Source of the DNA: Chrysomallon squamiferum | Lineage: Eukaryota; Animalia; Mollusca | DNA length: 64,000 bases | Assembly: GCA_012295275.1 (NCBI GenBank) | Contig: CM022673.1 | Location: forward strand, 23,560,001-23,624,000 | Reading direction: 5' to 3' | Shown: positions 23,763-44,800 of the stretch, in pieces | How the letters are laid out: each line of letters opens with the position of its first letter | Numbering within the stretch: position 1 is the stretch's first letter | Made by a program: the position numbers and the translations under genes | Notes under the pieces: model-generated | The model's database searches: none | What the model was told of the DNA's origin: nothing | What the model saw: only the letters and a program-made list of their open reading frames with translations

Positions 23763-25713
23763 TTTTTGTCACTTCATGCCATTTTCTAATTTCAGGTTTT
23801 TCTGATCTGTCACAAGATGATCAACTCATTTTAATAAAGTCAGGGTTCTTTGAAATCTGGCTTACAAGGATGTCACGGATGTTTAACAAGAGTGAGAATG
23901 TTCTCACCTTTGATGAGGGCAGTCTTATACAAAAAGATGAGCTAGCCGTTGTTTACTCTGTAAGTAAAACACTTAGACTTGCTGTTGTTTAGTCTGTTGT
24001 AGGTAAAACACTAGAAAATGAGCTAGCAGGTGTTTAGTCTGTAAGTAAAACACTAAAAGTTAAACTTGAAGTTGTTTACTCTGTAAGTTAAGCATTAAAA
24101 GTCAAGCTAGCAGTTGTTTACTGCATAAGTAAACTTTAAGAGTTAAGCTAGACATTGTTTGTTCCATAAGTAAAACACTAAAAGATAAAGAAATAGTTGT
24201 TTACTTGATTGTAAGTAAAAACTCTAAAAAATGAAGTAGCAGTTGCTTACTATGTAACCCAAATACTAAAAGATATTTCGATATTTTGACTACATTATGT
24301 TGAGTTTAATGAATGTAGTGTATTTGTTGTTTATAATTAAAGTTATATTTTTATTTGTAGCCTGAATTTATTGTTGCAATGTTTGATGTGGCAGCAAGCT
24401 TTAATCTACTCTGTCTGAATGACACAGAAATTGGGCTCTTCACAGGCATTGTTCTTTGTTCTGCAGGTAAGCTCTTACATAGGCTATACATTATCCTGAA
24501 CACCATTTTAACTGTCGGAATATAAATCTCATGTGCCTATAGTAATAACTCACATTATTTCAATGTCATATCTCCCTACTGTAGTGGTGTTGTATCTTTC
24601 ACTGTATTATGTCATTAGTGTGACATATTTTTCACTATATTATGTCACATTTCTCACTGTGTTATCTCATTAGTGTAGTGTATCTTTCACTGTATTGTCT
24701 AATTATTGTAATGTTGTATCTTTCACTGTATTATGTCACATTTCTCACTGTATTATCTCATTGTTGATGTGTGGTATTTCTCACTGCGTATGTCACATTT
24801 CTGACTGTTATCTCACTATTGTACTGTTGTATCTTTCACTGCATTATGTCATATTTCTGACTGTTATCTCACTATTGTAGTGTTGTATCTTTCACTGCAT
24901 TATGTCACATTTCTCACTGATATCTCACTATTGTAGAGTTGTATTGTCATATTTCTCACTGTTGTAGTATTGTATCACTGCATCAAGTCATATATCTCAT
25001 TATCTTAGTGTTTATTAGTGTATTTCTCACTGTTGTAGATAACTATTGTAGTGTTGCCTGTCACATTATTTGTCTTATTTCTTCCTGTTGTATCCTATTG
25101 ATGCAGTATTGTCTCACACTATTATGTAATATTTTTCAGTTTCTAATTTCTCAGTTTGATCTAATATTTGTTTTTCACTGTAGAAACTCAGATATCCTGC
25201 TAATAGATCAGTCTTAATGATTTTAACTCCAGAAAAAAAAAAAAAAAAAAAAAAGATAAAATAAAAACAATTAATGATTCCATTTCACTCTGTCAAACAT
25301 AATACCTATAATACTGAATAAGATAACTATTGGAATCTTTTCCAGTTTACATTTTTACACTAATCTCTCTCAGTCTTATAAATCATTGTATTTGTCATTG
25401 TATCTCACTTGTATTTTAACTAACAATTGGTCACTGTTTTGCAGACCGTCACGGTCTCTCGGACACCAAGTCGGTAGAAAAGATTCAAGACAAGCTGATT
25501 GAGGCCTTGAAGCTGCAGGTCAGTCGAAACCATTCAACTGAGGAAAATCTGTTTGCCACAATCATCATGAAACTTCCTGAACTGCGCACTCTGGGCACCC
25601 AGCACAATGAATTACTCAAATGGTATCGGCTGCAGTGGGGGCATGTCAACCTTCCTCCTCTGTTTGCTGAAATCTTTGATATACCAAAGTGTGAAGAAGA
25701 AACTCAGGGATGA
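16928..25713 (+). CDS. E78: Nuclear receptor E78 (NR1E1-like), 468 aa, 8 coding exons
   Basis: Exons 16928-17177, 20628-20749, 21178-21319, 21900-22108, 22505-22649, 23796-23959, 24361-24466, 25445-25713 (1407 nt, phases consistent). The [84 protein letters not shown] is nearly identical to Drosophila Eip78C. LBD has [24 protein letters not shown] and ends [10 protein letters not shown]. The first exon is the least certain. Confidence 0.92.
18133..18857 (+). mobile_element. Tigger/pogo DNA transposon deletion derivative in E78 intron 1
   Basis: TIRs CAGTGGTACCTT...AAGGTACCACTG, left flank TA; internal remnant [39 protein letters not shown]...CTILKQ matches the CENP-B-type HTH N-terminus of Tigger transposases. 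Confidence 0.9.
19920..20115. repeat. 38-bp GAAT-rich tandem repeat
   Basis: gaatgaatgctgactgaacaagttaatgctgtctaaac twice, plus degenerate flanks. Confidence 0.8.
20410..20570. repeat. About 55-bp tandem repeat, 3 units, near the E78 exon 2 acceptor
   Basis: cagttactaa(a)taccata...tcctaacaa(g)taagtcatt repeated three times. Confidence 0.8.
23930..24275 (+). repeat. About 42-bp array copying the E78 exon 6 end + GTAAGT donor
   Basis: True junction gagctagccgttgtttactct|gtaagtaaaacact (23959/23960); donor-position copies at 23999, 24041, 24083, 24125, 24166, 24211, 24254. Confidence 0.88.
24550..25130. repeat. Degenerate nested minisatellite in E78 intron 7
   Basis: tgtcacatttctcactgttatctcactattgtagtgttgtatctttcactgcatta and its sub-units recur throughout. 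Confidence 0.85.
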
Positions 25714-28700
25714 GGCAGCTAGTCATAATTATCATCAGAAACCATAGCAACAGGGGAAGTGATTGTCTGTGTGGAGGCAACTGCTTTGTCTCATTATCAA
25801 TATCAATATTCCCTTGTTTACCATCAGGGATCTATTTATTTTTTAGTATATTCACTTATTAAACTTTGAGGAATGGTTGTGTTTCAAATTTATCTGGTGC
25901 TTCTGAATTTTCCCCTGTTTCGTGTCTGAGATGACTATTTGTAATAGAATAAGCAGCATCTCATTAACTTAGTGAATAACACCTCACAACACACATTTAG
26001 ACCATCTGTACCCATTCTTAGATTTTGTTTATAGTGCTATTTTCTTTAACCTCAAAATATTTTACCTTGTCTGTAGTATAAACAGTTATGACTCTTATAA
26101 AATTTAATATTATACATTTTGAAAAATTTAGTAGTAATATTCAAAAAAGTGCATTAGTACTTTTTTCCTTTAATTGTAAAATATTTTTTTTTTTTTTTTA
26201 TGTATATTTTCAGGGAGATAAAATTGTAAGATAATCCTCAGGGACACCTGCAGCATTTTCCTCCTAAAACTGTCTTTACATATATTTATTGTGTTTGTTC
26301 TACATCTCAAGTGTGAGATATATTTACCTCATCTGTTTGTTATTGGCAGAAAATAACGATTACATTTTAGTTAAGGATTACCACATTTGGTATTTTATAA
26401 GCGGAGAAATGGAAAGATGTTTTAATTGAAGTTGAAACATGTATCGATTTGTAAAGGTTTTGCAAAAAATTTCCTTGTTGTTAAAACAGAAAAGTTTATT
26501 TAGAAATGGCAAAAAAAAAAAAAAAGGGTTTCTTTTTCTATTTTGTCAGCAGTATCTTGATGGCTAAAATGGTGCACTAGCATTAAGATGAGTGTGTATG
26601 TGCGTGTGCATAAGAGAAATTTTGCATGATAAGTGTTGAAGCTGTAGTGTAGGCATGTTAATTTTTACTGGAGAATGATTGGAATGTGAAAGTTATATAC
26701 TGGTTTGTCTTGACAGCTGTTATTTGTTTCTGTTATGTGTAGATTTACAGTTTTACATTAAATGTATTTGTGGCTGGATAATGGTTCCATTTTTAAGTGG
26801 CATTTTCATTATGTGAAGTTTAGTACTTTACCAAAGGCAATTGTTACATGGGTAAAATTAGCATCTACAATCTGATCAATTATGAAGGTAAATAAGACAT
26901 TACCATTGTGACTTTACTTGTTTAAATTTAGCAAGGTTGAGACCAGAAATAAAACACACTATGTTTCATTACAAAAATTACTTTCTTATTATAATTTCTG
27001 TAACAAATTTGAAACTGTTGTATTTCACATTTTGATATGTCCTGTTGTTTAAGCTAATTATGAAATATAATAATAACTTCTGAACTGAAGGAAACTAATT
27101 TTACATGTACATTTGATAAATTATACAGCAGACAGTAGATGTGTGTTATGTGCATTATATATCATCTGTACGTGTTGTGTAAAATGTTACACGTTTTTGT
27201 GAGTGCTATTGTACTGGTGTTTTTTTAAAGACACAAATGCTGACTTCTCATATTTGATTTAAGTTTTCACATTTCTACAGAACAAAAACAAAAAGACAGT
27301 GGAGTACAGTTTTAAAAAGTTCTTAAAATGGCAACCAAAACATTTGTATTTGTATATATAGAAGTAACAAATCTTTACTTTTATCATTGCCTTTGTATTA
27401 ACAGAATTTGCTTAAATCAAAACCTGTTGGAATTGACCTATGACATGCAATTATTTTTGACCTGTTACATATAACAATAACACATTCACGTTTATAGTTA
27501 ACCTATAACAAGTATTTGTAACTGAAATGTTATGTATAATTTGTATACATGACCTGTTAGATACAAGTATTTAAGAGGTGGACACAACAAAAATGCACTT
27601 CTCTTTTTATTTACTTATATTTATATGACAACTTTAAAATATACTTTTATATATTTGTATTAATTTTACTAGATCTCAGTGTATGTAATGTTAAGTTCTT
27701 TATCAAATATCCTAAAACAAATAATTACCATAACATTTGATTAATTTTAAACAATTTTTAAGGAAACAATATTTGATTGCTTATGTTTTAAAGAATTTAT
27801 ATATGATTTTTAAGTATGTCAATTTGTGATAGATTTTTAAGATTAAAAAGTATAAAGTAAGGCAGTGCACGTGGCATAAAAATTAAGAGTTGATCAATCT
27901 ACAAACAGCCCACAACTACATAAAATGTTTCTCAGTTTGTATTGTAATTTATTAGTTGAGATGAAACAAGAATTTGGAAATATCTCAGAGATACACTTTA
28001 ATATTTACAGCTGTTTTGTATAATTTTACTACCTGAATTTCTGACATTTAGTTATCTATGAACAGTTAGGTTTTTTGTTTTTGTCTTTTTTTAAAATAAG
28101 TTCATACTACATTTTTATGTTGTAGAAAAATTGTTACAAAAAAAACCATTTGGTCATTTGATAATAACACAGCACTCAGGAATGCATCATCTTTGTTTTG
28201 GAAAAATAAATACCTCATTTAAATACTGATGTTAGAACTCGGTGATGTAGCACACTGGCCCACTGGGAAATTCCAGTCACTCAAAATAAAAGCAAAAAAT
28301 AAAACTGAAGAAGTAAAAAATAACTGAATCGTCAATAGATTGTAACGTTTACCTCAGATTTTTCATTTGATTCTTTTGGTTGTCTTTTTGGAAGATTCTT
28401 TTAGACCCATTAGAGTGGGCCATTTTACAAGTTTTCACAGTGGCAATATTAGACACTACAACTGATCTTTCATAAAAATAATTGTCCGTGAAATGTCCAA
28501 TACACACTATTGCTTTTAAAATGAGGTATGCTGGACAAACACAGGCAGCTATAAAACAGCATCTCTGATCTCTAACCATACTGTTTTAAATAAACATTTT
28601 GTATTTAATTTTATTTGTAAGTAGAACACAGGTATTTCTAATAATGTACTGTCTTAAATTTTTTGCATGAAACTTAAAATACTGAATAGTTTTTAAATAA

Positions 28701-30120
28701 CAGCGTCATAAAATGTTTTTTGATTTTTTTTAACTCAGTGATTTTTGTTTATTGTTACTGTTCTTCACAATTTAAATTTATATTTGATGTTGTTTTATAA
28801 GTTTGTTTTAAGAAATGTCTGTTGATCAGCATATTTTAATACAGGTAATGAAGATTAATGGTTTGATTACTACAACTAAAAGTGCTCTCAATTCATGTAT
28901 GGGAGAGAGAGAGAACGAGAGCAAGACAGAGAGTGAGAGAGAGATTGAGAATGAGAATGAATGGTTTTATTTAGTGTCACAAATAAAGCATGCATTCTTA
29001 AACATAAATATCTGAAGCAGATTTAACAAAAATTGAAATTTTAATGTCGAAACTTTTGTATCTAGGCATCCTTTTTATATAGGTCTACAAATTGAAGTAA
29101 TTTTATTTTACAGATTTGATAATTGTAATATGTTTGGATTTAATTTTAAATATTTTTTAATAATTCTTTTTTCATTTTTAAAATTTAATAATTTTTAATA
29201 ATTATATACAGAAATGTAAATATATTCATGATATTAAAGTCCTTTTAAAGCTGAATTAATTCTGTTATGAATTGAATGTATTTAAACCTAACTTGTGTTC
29301 TAGAAAGTAATTTCTACAATTGTTTGAAATGGCATGTAACTGCCCTTTCAAAAGAAAAAAGAAAAAAAGAAGAATGTGACAAGTAGTTCAGTTAAATTGT
29401 TTGTGCATTTTTTAATTTATATTGACAGGTTATATTAAGATGCATACAAATTAGTCAGATACAGTATCTTAATGTTTTAAATGAAATAATAATAATTATA
29501 ATAATAAATAAAAAAATGAGTAACAATCAATGTTATTAATTTTGTAATTCTTTCTCTATTTTTTGTTGAAACTACCTAAAATTTAATGCACCATGCTTTT
29601 ATCAGTTATTGTTTAAACACATGTTCATTTGTATGGCAGGCTGGGATATTGTTTATCCTGAACTTCTGCTATCAAATTTTTACTATTTTTACTTAATAAA
29701 TATAATTTAACTGGGCATTATTTAATTACAAACTAGCAGATCTTGTGCAGTCCTTGATATTTTATCAAGCATATTTTTATTTTTTTATTTATTTTTTTTA
29801 AATTTATTTATTATTATCTTTTTTAAATAACTTATTATAAAAAAGTTCATAATTTTTCAATAATATCAAAATCTATTATTTTAATGTACAATGAATATTT
29901 CTTTTAATTAAAATGTATTATAATTACTATAATACTAAGAATGTGTGATAATTATAATATAGACATTATGAGGAAGAAATATTTACATTTCCTTTTTGAA
30001 TAAAAAACTTTTCTTCTTTTTTTCTACCACTATTATTGACATGTGTTCGGGATATCTGAAAAATGTTTACATTAACTTTTTTAGTTGTACATATTATTCA
30101 AGTTAAAACACACACAAACA

Positions 30121-30163
<43 letters not shown>

Positions 30164-31048
30164 CAACATTGCTAAACTGAATTTTTTTTGTGCGATTCAC
30201 AAAACATTTCCTCCATCTGTTGTGTAATTCCTTACAACAACTCAGGAGTCTACATTTTAATCTTGCCGTGGGAACAGGAACTTTTACCTGACACAGCAGC
30301 AAGGTGTTGCATACCTCATTTTATTAACTGCCATATTGACTATTTTAGAAAATATGTCACTTGTTGACAAGTGTGTATTTCTGGCATGCTTCAGATACAT
30401 ACATCTCCTACACAACTCTCTGTCTGTCTATGAATTGTACATTTATTTTAATAGCAGAATACTGTGCTCAATATATTAATTAGTTGAATTTATAGACTAA
30501 ATGTAGATTATACTGACCCTTTATATTCAGGTCAAATTTGTATGAAAGAAATCTTTGTCTTGAGATTTTTTTTTCATGTTATATAATGCTACGCATAAAA
30601 TAAACTCAGTGGAAATAATGTTTTGTTTGTAATCATTTAAATGTGGTGGGTGGAAACAAATTGTGTTTGCAGTTACTACTGATTGCTTCAATTAGATCTA
30701 AGCCAATTTTTTGTATGAAACACATTGAACAGTAACTACTTGTAAGGGGAACACATTGACCATTCTGCATAACAATGAAACACTGAATATAACTACATGT
30801 AAGAGAAATACTAGACATCACTACTTACAAGAGGAAGTATTTGAACTTAAAATGTAAATGACATTTTGTTTTTAATTAGGTTATTATTTTTAATTTCCTA
30901 TCACTATAATTTGCTAAACATAGAGAAACTCACCAGTTAGAATCAGAAATGTAGATTTCACCAAGGAATAATGTATTCAGTATGAAGTTGATTAGAGAAG
31001 AAATTTCACTTTAAAATAATTTATTATAATTGGTTTACATCATTACAA

Positions 31049-40005
<8,957 letters not shown>

Positions 40006-40988
40006 AATGAATTTAGGAGGAAATTAGTTGTTCAGTTTATTCCTAGAGGCATTTTATCATGAACAAGTTTGTGGTGCAGCCTAACCAAACACTAGCAAAT
40101 TCTTGCTTGATTTTGGGAAAAATCAGTTTTCTGTTATAATTATTTGCAAAAGGATGACACATTGTAGCAAAATATTCAGTAAAATCACTGCTGACAGGAC
40201 ATACATCTTAAGTGCAATTTTTACTGAATTTATCCTGTATTAATTACCAATTTTACTATTTATGTAAACACAACCAATTTTTAACTGCACAGTATCAGAA
40301 TATGAATAATTTTAATTACTCATTGTAAAGATATAATTTTATCGCCGGAAGAAAGGAAGAAAATAAATAAATAAATAAATAAGTAAGTAATTTAAATTTA
40401 AAAATATATATATATAAACAACACATTTTGGTCTTAGTTTTTCCGACAGTTATGTATGTCTACTTGTGAAAATAATTTTCCGCATTAAATATAATATGTG
40501 CCCAATATCCAAGCTGTCAAACAAAACATCAGCTTCTACCTGGGTTTTGACTGTCTGTCCACACAATAATTTTAATTATCATCATTATTATGCGTACTTC
40601 CGAATTAATTGTAAAAATAATAAAATAAAATAAAAATAATAATAATTAGGCTCTCACTCTGTAAACTCGATCCTGGATCATCAGCAGTAGTCTCATTCAT
40701 ATTTTAGTTACAGTCGTCTCAGAATTTTTCTGATATTAGATGTAATAAATACACACACAAAAACAACACTTGAAGTTCGCGCTACATTACCTCTTAACGG
40801 AAGTTGTAATTTACATAACTGATATCACTTCCATCGTTTACTGATTTATTTTTGAACTTGTAAAACAAGCGGAACTGGATACAAAATCCTGTGGAGTATT
40901 CATAGACAAATCTCAGCATTTTGTAAACTTTTAAATAAAAATACATTTGTAGCAGCTTTTATTTACAGCACTTATTTACTTATCAATT
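40006..40988. promoter_or_regulatory. Bidirectional promoter region shared by MCM9 and TOP3B
   Basis: Start codons are divergent and under 1 kb apart; local CpG cluster; several ETS-type cores (ccggaag near 40345, acttccg near 40596, cggaagt near 40798, gcggaac near 40869); candidate MCM9 UTR donor GAG|GTAATG at about 40790 on minus. Confidence 0.75.
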
Positions 40989-41366
40989 ATGCGTACAGTT
41001 CTCATGGTTGCAGAAAAGCCGTCGCTGGCACAGTCGTTAGCAAAGATCCTTTCCAATGGAAATATGAATAGTAGAAAAGGGATTAATGGAGCTTGCTCAG
41101 TTCACGAATACACAGGGAAATTTAGTGGAGAAAGTGTCAAATTCAAAATGACATCAGTGTGTGGCCATGTTATGGGTGTTGATTTTATTGGAAGATATAA
41201 CAACTGGGATAAAGTTGATCCGGTGATTTTCTTTAAATTTTTATATTTAATTTGCCTATGTATAAATAATATTTAATGAGACCAAAATGTGGTTATCAGT
41301 TTATTTATTTATTTATTTATTGCTTCTGCCAGAGCCATTTCATGGGCAATATACTAATCAGCAACA

Positions 41367-41413
<47 letters not shown>

Positions 41414-41773
41414 ACTGTATCACTGTGTGTGTGTGTCACTGTATCACTGTGTGTGTGTATTTACGGCACATTATTATGATTATATCAGTAAGAGGACTGA
41501 TCATACAGTCTGTCATGTCTTGTTAGGACACTTTTTACAAAACTGTGTGACTTTGCGATACAATGGCTGGCCAAGAGGCAGTGGGTTATTAGATCAGTCC
41601 ATCCTGTTTGAATCTGTGTTGTTTGTCCCTGCTCAGTTCAACCCCCAATTCACTCCCAATCCAGTTCACTGCACCAGCATTCCACAGCAATTTGACGTCC
41701 AAAAATATGTCAGTTTGCCCCCATCTAGAAATATGTCCCAGATTTTTAAAATTATTATTATTATTATTATTAA

Positions 41774-41858
<85 letters not shown>

Positions 41859-44800
41859 ATTATTATTATTATTATTTTGATAACAAATATCTTAGTATAA
41901 ACATAAAGTTAATTTCAGTATTGGTATAAATAATGAAACAGATATATACATAAATTTTACTGTTTGCAGACATTTTCATTGTTGCAAATATGTGACATTA
42001 TATATTAAATTAACATTTGCAAATGGTTAACACCTTTGGTTCTGAATGACAGAGATCTCTGCAATGCAATACGTATATGATAGGGTGCTGAATGATGGTG
42101 ATCTCTGTCATACTTTTAAAATTACTGCACATTAGTGACGTGACTTCCAGTGTGACATAGGCTATTATTGATCTACTACGGGCTTCCCCGGCATTCAGAA
42201 AATCATGTCGAGTACGAGCAGAAACTTGTTTGAATTTCACAAATCCCCAAAACACCCTGCACCGAAGTAAAATAGCACCTAAATTAAAAAATGAACAGAA
42301 CTTAACTCTAGATTAATTAGAAAGGGGATAACTAAGTTGCATTTGACCATTGGCTCATCTGCACCCCATGAACAACTTTCCAGCTTGTAGGCTAATGTAA
42401 ATATTCAATATGCCTAGCTGCTACCTCTAAACATTGCTAGTGAAATGGTGTCAGTGATTTCCTCTCTTGTTATCTCAGTGGTCTTTATCCACATGTCCAG
42501 TGCCATATAACTTAAATAAAATGTGTTGTCCTTTCTTCACTTTGTCTTGTCAAATCAAACAACTTTTCCTTCTAAAGTACTAATAATTCAAACATTATAA
42601 AGTCCTTTTCAATTGCCTAGCAGCATAATGAACTGTTCATTTCATTGTAGGTGGAACTGTTTACTGCAACCATACAGAAGAAAGAGGCCACACCCAATTT
42701 GAGAATGCCAGCATTTTTGGCAAAAGAGGTACAAATGATATTCACTGTCTAAATATTTCACTTTTTTTAACATCAGACAGGAAACCTTGATTCTGATTGA
42801 CCAAAAAAAAAAAAAAAAAAAAAAATCCAGCGAGAAAGAAAGAAAAAAATTCAAAAGAAAATATTCATTTACACAGACTGTTTCACATTTTCAGAATTAG
42901 GATATATTTCATTAGTGAAAAACAAAACCTAACAATATTTTTATATATATATATTATGTACAGCAATATAAACTCAAAATGACAATATATTTGTTACTGT
43001 AAGACAAAACAGTGGATAATATTGTAGCATAACAATGTTGAAGTACAAACTAAATTTATATTTTATGATAGGAAACTGAACTCAGATTTCATCGTGTATT
43101 TTACTGCAGGCTCAGGGAGTGGACTATCTTGTACTGTGGTTGGATTGTGACAAGGAAGGAGAAAACATTTGTTTTGAGGTCATTGACTGTGTTAGACCAG
43201 TGATGAACAGAGTCCAGGGTCAGGTATTTACTTAGTGCAACAAATATACTAATGTAAACCAACAGTTGACTGTTTAAAATAATAGCTTTATACTTGCCTT
43301 TATACTAGTATAAAATATGATTTTTTGTTACTAACATACAGTAAGTTGATGTTTTGTTACTAGTATAAAAGAAGATGATGTTTTAAATTACTAGTACAAA
43401 ATAAGTTTGTTTTCACACTATTATAAATAAATTGATGTTTTCTTAGTAATGTGAAATAAATTGATGTCCTGTTACCAGTATAAAATAAGTTGATGTTCTG
43501 TTACCAGTATAAAATAGGTTGATGTTCTGTTACTAGTATAAAATAAGTTGATGTTCTGTTACTAGTATAAAATAGGTTGATAGTCTGTTACTAGTATAAA
43601 ATAGGTTGATGTTCTGTTACTAGTATAAAATAAGTTGATGTTCTGTTACTAGTATAAAAATCATATGTTCTGTTACTAGTATAAAATAGGTTGATGTCCT
43701 GTAACTAGTATAAAATAAGTTGATGTTTTGTTACAGCAAATCTACAGAGCACATTTCAGTGCTATCACAGAAACTGACATAAAGAGAGCAATGCATCAAC
43801 TTGGAGAACCCAACAAGAATGAGTCACTGTCAGTTGATGCCAGGCAGGAACTTGATCTAAGAATTGGATGTGCCTTTACTCGCTATCAAACTAAGTTTTT
43901 TCAGGTTTGTTTTCTTCCAAATTTTTTGCCTAATTCACCATTCACATTCAGTGAGTTTATCTAATTAAATTTATATCTATTTTAGTGTGTTTATCTGTTT
44001 AATGTATTTTACAAATATTTACCATTTAACTTAGCTATTATCAGCTTAGTTTATTTCATACAGACTTAATTTAAAATCATCCACACATACTGTGTTTCAG
44101 GGTAAATACGGAGATTTAGATAGTACCCTGATCTCATATGGACCTTGTCAAACACCAACTCTAGGATTCTGTGTTGAGCGACATGATCAAATTCAGTCTT
44201 TTAAACCAGAACCCTACTGGGTTATTGATGTTCAGGTGAGATATTGTTATTTATATCAAACTGTACTGGATTGCTGATGTTTAGATTGGATATTGTTATT
44301 TATATCAAATAGGACTGGGTTGTTGATGTTCAGGTGAGATATTGCTATTTATTTCAGATTGTACTGCACTGTTGATGTTTAGGTGAAATGTTGTCATTTA
44401 TATCAAATTGTACTGGGTTAATGATTTTCATGTTAGATATTGTTATTTATACCAAATATGACTACACTATTGATGTTTAGTTGAGATATTGTTATTTATA
44501 TCAAATTGTACTACACTGTTGATGTTTAGTTGAGATATTGTTATTTATACCAAATATGACTACACTATTGATGTTTAGGTGAGATATTGTTATTTATATC
44601 AAATTGTACTACACTGTTGATGTTTAGTTGAGATATTGTTATTTATATCAAATTGTACTACACTGTTGATGTTTAGTTGAGATATTGTTATTTATATCAA
44701 ATTGTACTACACTGTTGATGTTTAGGTGAGATACTGTTATTTATATCAAATTGTACTACACTATTGATGTTTAGGTGAGATACTGTTATTTATATCAAAT

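Noticed and set aside
27420-27570. Cluster of TGACCT half-sites downstream of the E78 stop
   Set aside because: Part of a degenerate local repeat; no proper spacing or A/T-rich extension for a response element.
41276-41900. ORFs rich in VC, poly-I or poly-L (also ERER, LSLS and HTHT ORFs elsewhere)
   Set aside because: Translations of (GT)n, (ATT)n, (GA)n and (CA)n microsatellites.
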